Below are positions 57,814-64,000 of a stretch of DNA of 64,000 bases, piece by piece. The stretch is from Klebsormidium nitens (lineage: Eukaryota; Plantae; Klebsormidiophyceae). The position numbers were made by a program, and so were the translations under genes. Each line of letters begins with the position of its first letter. Within the stretch, counting starts at the first letter, position 1. The stretch covers positions 1 to 64,000 of the forward strand of contig DF237215.1 of assembly GCA_000708835.1 (NCBI GenBank), given 5' to 3'. The notes below the pieces were generated by a model, which did no database searches, was not told the origin of the DNA, and worked only from the letters and a program-made list of their open reading frames with translations.

Positions 57814-60800
57814 CTAACCCAACTCCTCAACCAGTCTCTGCAAACCCGCCGGCGGCTTGAAGAACCGGCTGTTCGGATCGCCGACCGGGTTGTTCGGGTA
57901 GGTTCTCAACCAGCTCGCAAACTCCATAAACCGGTCGACTCGCTGCTCCCGGGTGAAGCCCCGGATTTCCGGCGGAACCGTCTCCTCCGGCGGCAGGCCG
58001 CTGCCCTCCAAAGCCATCGCCTGGACCGTTTCGCACCGGTGCTTGCGAAGTAGCTCGTACCTACACCGGCATTACGCAGTTGTCTAGGACTCGCTTTTGA
58101 CAGAATGACGACTGACTTTGACGTACGTAGATTTTCAGCTTTGTGTTTCGCACAATTGTCGAGTTTGGTGGGCACTTCAGTTCCGTTGTTCATCGATAAC
58201 CTGGAATGGATGAGCGCAGGATTCGCTGGGCTTCGACCAAAGGGAAGACGAATAACGGACAGAAACTATTCAGACGGTCTTCTCATGCATCGTATTCGCA
58301 ATAGGTCCGTTCCCCAGAAGACTTTTGACTTTGCGAGGACCTGATTCCATCATAAGTTTGGCGTATCCCAGGCCTCCATTCACTTCTCAAATAGCGAAGG
58401 AAGCTCCTTTGACTCAGGACGGACAGACGGCCGGTTCGACAACGTCTGCAGACCATCCCGTCGAAGAGAGGATGGTTGCGCGGGCTCAAAAGCGAAGCGG
58501 GAGAAGATTGCCCCGTCTGACATTCGTAAGGGGGGGGCGGGGCGGACACCATGGGAAAACGGACCCCAAAAGTGGGACCGAATTATGAATGGCCCGGCAG
58601 CAGTTGTTCAAACACCGTGTCTTTCCGGCGTGAGGCTTCACTGCCACACCCTTCAGGCGCACGAGTTCAGTCCGCTGACGTCACCTTTGGAGCGCCCGTC
58701 GCACGGCGCCGCGCTCGAGCGCGCGCGGCCCCTGGGCAACTAGAGCGAGGCACAGCTGGTGCGCGTCCTCGAACGCCTGCCGGGCGCCTTCCCCGGGGCC
58801 GGGGTGCATCGCGTGTGCGGCTGCAACAAAAGTAGTCGGTAGATTCATTCCGGGTGCTATTTGAGAATCTATAAATGGGACTCGACTACCCGAGCAGGTC
58901 GTCTTGAAAGTGGGCGTTGGACATCAAGGTGACCCACGTGGCTGTTGCGGCGTCCTCAACGCGTGGAGAGTTACTTTCGTCGTCGCTGCTAATATTTAGC
59001 TCGTGTGAATCCGGCGACGTGCATTCCATTCTCACCGGTCGCTTCTGCGGATGCATCCGCTGATCGACGCCCTCTTTAACGGCTTGAAATAGCAGAGTTT
59101 GCAATTGCACAAAAAGGGGTCGCTGAATCATCCCTGAGGCGAAAAACCCCGCCAGATGAATGTGGAGTTCCGATCCGTAGACTTAAACGAGTTGGACATT
59201 TTCCTGGTTTGAGTCAAGCGGATCAATCACTATGACGTTTGAAGCCTCTTTCAAAACTAGTTTAGGTGCTTTTTCAGCCCGGGAACTCCACCGATTATCC
59301 AGGTGTGTAGTAGAAGTACAAGTGATTAGAGCGTTGAGAGCAGAATAAGCTCACCGTCTCCAAGGAGGACCACTCGGCTGTCCGCGTCGAGCCACGTGTC
59401 AATCGGTCCGTTCGCCATCAGCCGGCGCTCGAAGATGTCCGCCTCCGCCGTCGATTCGATGGCGGATCGGACGGCATTGTAACTACATTGGTACAGAACA
59501 AAGGGGCTTCTAAACTGGTTGTTGAAATTTTAGATTAGGTTGCGGACTCTCGGTAGAAAGACAGGTCTCATTCCAGGACTTTGCTAGGCGCTGTCAGGAT
59601 CGGAGGGTGGACAGATTGACTATCGACGATAAGTGGCCCATCCTTCAGAACAGAAATTCTCTGCGAACGACCTCGGCGCGACGAAAAGCGCACTGCTTTG
59701 CAGGTCGAGTGGCGACGTCAGCCAGGCAGTGTACTCAACCCCAAAAGTGCAGGATTGTGAGTTGCTGCTCGCAAGTCCCTCTAACTACAGTTGTGTGCTG
59801 GACACTCGCCACCGTCACCTCCGGCCAAAATCCTCGTTTACTTGTCTTTAATCCATCCGATCAGCAAGAACTGGCCAATCGGACGGCCTAAGATAGTGTG
59901 TTCGGCAGTTCCCGCAGCTTTTGAGGGTGCAAGTTTTCCGCAAACAGCTGTAACTAGTAGCACCTTGTCAGTCGCTTATGCACGAACATTACTCTGCCCA
60001 ACTACAAGTCATGGAAGGTCACTCACGCCTTTCCCAGTCCCTCGAGATGCTCCAGCGCTCTCTGTTTTGCGCCCGGTTTCCCGAGGCCCCCCCACTTCGG
60101 TCCGAGGGCGTCCGCGAGTCGGCCGTCCGTATCCCGCACGCGGACCTGCCAGAAACTCCAGCCGTGGCCTGGAGAAAACCGGGTCAGGTTAAGTATGAAC
60201 CGGACAGGTTAAGTCAAGCAAGCCAAACCCACGTTTCAAAAAGGGCGTTGTGAGACGACTCCGCTTTTGGCGACTTCAAAGCCCTTGTAGACCTGTCTTG
60301 GTCGCCAAACCCCTATTACGACAACCGTCAGATGGCGACATCGAGGCCGAAGTGCCGCATAGCATCTGCGCATACGTGGTTCGACCCATCTCGAGACTGG
60401 ACAGACTAAGTCCAATTTACCCAACAACCCAAAACAGAAACGATCAAAAGCTTGCTCTATAGAAGAGAGCGTTGCGCAAGAAAGCCGATGCTTACCTGCG
60501 TCCGCCTTGAAGGTGATGAGCCCCGTGACGTCATCTTCCGTCCGGTGCAGGGTGTCCTTCTCGAGGCCCGGAATGAACTCCGTCGGAACGACGGCGTTCC
60601 AGTTCAGGTGGTGCACGTACCGCGGGGCGTCGCCTGCAGACAACACAATGGAATCATACGCCAGATGAATCGACCCGCGCCGCACAATAAGCTCAGGTCC
60701 GCGATATAATTCTCATTGCGCAGTACGCATCATTCCGCCGTTCCGGTCAATCAGCGGGTTGAAGGTCCTCTTAAGCGAATACGGTTTTAAAGACGTGCGC

Positions 60801-63800
60801 TGCTGAATGGTCATCGTCATCTCATGTCAGAAAGAAATTCTGAAGTCGGCTTCATCCGAATTGACTTTCTGACAGTAGCTCGCAGAAAGAGCGACCAGCG
60901 TTTCCAACGTTCATTCTGTTGATTGATCCACGACCTCAACCCTACTTCTCTTTCCGAAGGTTCCTTTGCCGAAAATAGTCGCCACGAAGTGAAGTGATCG
61001 AATGGTCAATATAGCATGTCAAATTGCTGGTCAAGAAGCACCAGTAACGAATACACCTTTTCATTTGTGAGATGTCGGATAGTTGGTGCATACCTGCCAT
61101 GATCTTCAACAAGGCAAGTGGGCTCCATCGAAAGCTTCTTGTGCTTTTGATTTCGAGGCGCTATCTTATGCCGAAATGTCCAACAAACTTGAAGCAGAGA
61201 TCTCGAGCTTGTTAAACCACTTTCAGAGCATAGGCTTTTATCTTGTCGACAAGTCGAACCGATGATGATACCTCGACTCCGTTGGACACTTCGACAGAGC
61301 CTCGAACTTCCTAATATAGACACTTCGAGTTGATACTGATACCTCGAGTTTGTTGAAGGTTTGACAGAGCATAGGACTTCCTGATTTCAAATCGTTATCT
61401 CCGAGGGCATCTTTAACTTCCACGACGATCGAAACCTTCACTATGCATAGGGTTATGAGCCGCTGACCAGCCATGATCCGCCGGACGGCGGACCGGATTC
61501 CGTCCGCACCGACCAGAAGCTTCGCTCGGACCGTCCGCTGTCCGCACGCCGCCTGCTCGTTGCGGTGCGTGTAGTGATGCTCGCCTGACGAACCCACCAG
61601 GTCGAACGTGACGTCAACGCCGTCCTGCCAGAAAGAGTCCCGATAAGAACGCGCCTCCCCTTTCTAGTTTCATTTTCTTTCATCTGCCGGAGTGTTTCCC
61701 TCTTCTTTTCTCCCAAGCCTGATCCTCACGGAATGTTGGTGAAGCATTCAGCAATCGTGGCTCATGAGGGAAGAGAACGGACAAACCAAAGACTTCTGCA
61801 ACATTGGGAAGTTGCTTGTCAGATTGAGAGTGGCCCAGCTTGAGTGAGTCCTTCGAAAGCAGCTGCTTGATCCTCAGCATCACATTCAACGCTTGTCAGC
61901 ATCTGTGTTCGCCGTCTTTACCGCTTAAACTGGCAGTTCAAAGCTTCGCCACTTGCACACAAACCACAAAAAGCCCCGCAGCTTTTAGCATCTTTGATCC
62001 AGGTAAACATATATAATCAATAGAACGCCCTTCTTCGTCGCCAGCCCGCCACAGAGTGAAAACGCGCAATCTCCTGAGCATCTTGTTTCTGCAAGTACTT
62101 CTGGAGGGAATCCTAAAACCCTAAAAGCTCAAGCGTGGCAAAGGCCTCGAACTGCATGTCATAAGGTCTCAAAGACACGTCCTTGTGACTTGTAATGACG
62201 CAGAACATATCCCAAACTCATGGGCTCTTTGGCTCTTATACCCTCATAAGCGCTCACCTACACGGGCTCATAAGTGCTCAGCCTATGGCCGCAGCCCAGG
62301 CCCATATATCCTCGTAAGCAACCCCTGTACGACCTCATAACCGCTCAGCTTATGGCCGCAGCGCAGGCCCATATATTCCCATAAGCGCTCACCTGCACGG
62401 CCTCATAAGCACTCAGCCTGTGGCCGCAGTGCACACGCTCAGGGGGCACCAGTTTCGCCAGCACGTTCTGGACGCTTTGCCAGCGGATGACTGTAATCCC
62501 CATCTTGATGTTCTTCTTCTCCACCTCTTTTCCGTCTTGCAACCGGTAGGAGAGCCATTCCTTTGAGACGCTCCCCTCCTCCCGGACCGCCCGCTCTAAC
62601 CCGGGTTTGAGACCGTCCAGAGCAGTGTTTGCTGCAGTGGGATAAGATGTTGCGGTTGGCTAAGCTGTGGGTTAAAGATTAGCCTGATGTTAGGGTCACC
62701 TGGCCCTTCACAGCGTCCAGGGAAAAACCTAGGTCGGCAATTTCAATCTAGGCTAGATAGCGCAAACGCTGTACGATAATTAAAGGCTAGGTTTGAATTT
62801 CAAAGTGTTGGACTCAGCACACCTTAGCTAAGACATTTGCGCAGAATAGGCTCCAGAAAACAATTGCTAAAAATCTTTGGCGTAGAGCTTAGGTAAGTGT
62901 CTGTCCAGCAGAGCCACTCTGATTTGAGCAAGTTGCCCAGCAGGTCTGCTTTGTAGGATACCTTTGCAGAGACAAGTAAAAGCAACTCCTATGATTCAAT
63001 GAGCTGAAAGTAAGGAAGACCTTGTATCTGATGTACTTGATAGAGACCTCTGACCTTCAAGCAATACCCTGAGATGTAGAACATCCACACCTGACTATGT
63101 TTGTTTGACCCTGATTCACCAATTTCAATTGGGACATGAGCGTACTAAGGTCATGCTCCAAGACTAAAAAGCCATAAAAGGACAGAGGACTTGATCAAAG
63201 CAAAAGCATAACGGGACGTCCAAAGTGATGCACTGGTTCGCCCAACGTGGAGACAGATGTGAGTAAAGGGGTGCTGAAGGCCCAGATAGAGCAGCTCGTT
63301 ACGAGTTTCCGCGCCAGCTCGTGGAGGTCACACCAAGCCACTGCCACAGAAGTGTGCGTCTAAGAGTCATGAGAGGAGCTGAGGCGTGCAGCGTGTAGGA
63401 AACAATAGGTGCCAGGTGCGAATTGCAGAAGTTCCAAGGACAATTAAGCATCATTGATAGACATGGTCTGCTTGTGACCTGGTGCAACTTAACGTCTTGA
63501 CAGTCTGCCAGACGTTCGCCGGCATGACAGCCTGGCAGTAAAAGCACCTCAAATGCGACAGGACCAGCTCTGAATACAGAGGGTCCAATAAAGAGGGTCC
63601 AAGTGAAGCAGTAAATGACATGGAGACGCCCTCATGAGGATGACCATAGCATGTCTCCCACGAAAGACAAGGCCCATCCATCAGACGCCCAAACAAACTC
63701 TCGAGGGACAGGGGCTGTAGCTATTGTAGCTGATCAGTGAACCTCTCCATATCATGGGGCCAGTATTAGCAACACCCAAAGCAGCACGTCCTTGACACCA

Positions 63801-64000
63801 AACAGATAACAGCCATAGGCACATGCCTGCCAACGCACCATTGGCTGTGATGCCTATGATCGTTCCCGAACCCGTCCTGAGCTCCTGAGCCGCCTCAAAG
63901 ACGTGCACATCGAAGCCCCGCTCCAACAGGCCCACCGCCAAAGCGAGCCCACCCAATCCCCCCCCTGCAATTGCAATCCCAACCTCAGCAGGGGGTGGGG
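57814..64000 (-). CDS. FAD-dependent monooxygenase (FAD_binding_3, aromatic hydroxylase / zeaxanthin epoxidase-like superfamily), 5'-partial. Exons 63839->64000, 62393-62631, 61468-61624, 60496-60633, 60027-60168, 59355-59482, 58685-58820, 57814-58060
   Basis: It has all three flavoprotein fingerprints: IAIAGGGLGGLALA (GxGxxG), LLVGADGIRSAVR (DG) and RVVLLGD|AAHAMHPGPGEGARQAFEDA (GD). Phases are consistent. Confidence 0.92.
62243..62425 (-). repeat. Two degenerate ~70-bp tandem copies of the 3' end plus donor of monooxygenase exon 62393-62631
   Basis: True end: CTGCGGCCACAGGCTGAGTGCTTATGAGGCCGTGCAG|GTGAGCGCTTATG. Copies: CTGCGGCCATAAGCTGAGCGGTTATGAGGTCGTACAG|GGGTTG and CTGCGGCCATAGGCTGAGCACTTATGAGCCCGTGTAG|GTGAGCGCTTATG. 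Confidence 0.9.

Noticed and set aside
57814-58017. Stand-alone 67-aa small protein MALEGSGLPPEE...
   Set aside because: It is the 3' part of the last monooxygenase exon (57814-58060).
58886-59131. ORF MIQRPLFVQLQ... as a monooxygenase exon after LLGD
   Set aside because: It lacks the AH...G motif. The exon at 58685-58820 (AAHAMHPGPGEG) fits phase and motif, so this ORF is intronic.

Overview
This is intron-rich eukaryotic nuclear DNA. It is most likely from a streptophyte (charophyte-type, Klebsormidium-like) green alga; that is an inference from a plant-type SIK1 kinase C-terminus, an algal-type CCC transporter and many short GT/GC-AG introns with CTAAC/CTCAC branch points. Four conserved multi-exon genes were traced exon by exon with consistent splice phases: a cation-chloride cotransporter (minus strand, runs off the left edge), an Aurora-like Ser/Thr kinase (+), a SIK1-type STE20/MAP4K kinase (-) and an FAD-dependent monooxygenase (-, runs off the right edge). 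Between them lie lineage-specific genes: a secreted protein, two coiled-coil proteins, a basic-region protein, an 826-aa single-exon ORF, an F-box/LRR gene and a head-to-head membrane-protein gene. Three of these carry frameshifts or stops. The window also has a 5'-truncated LINE 3' end and an unidentified, apparently decayed ~8 kb region. The most striking feature is that introns of all four conserved genes contain tandem, progressively degenerate 'echo' copies of the adjacent exon end together with its splice signals (branch point, pyrimidine tract, AG or GT). Where the frame could be read, use of an echo leads to a frameshift or premature stop.
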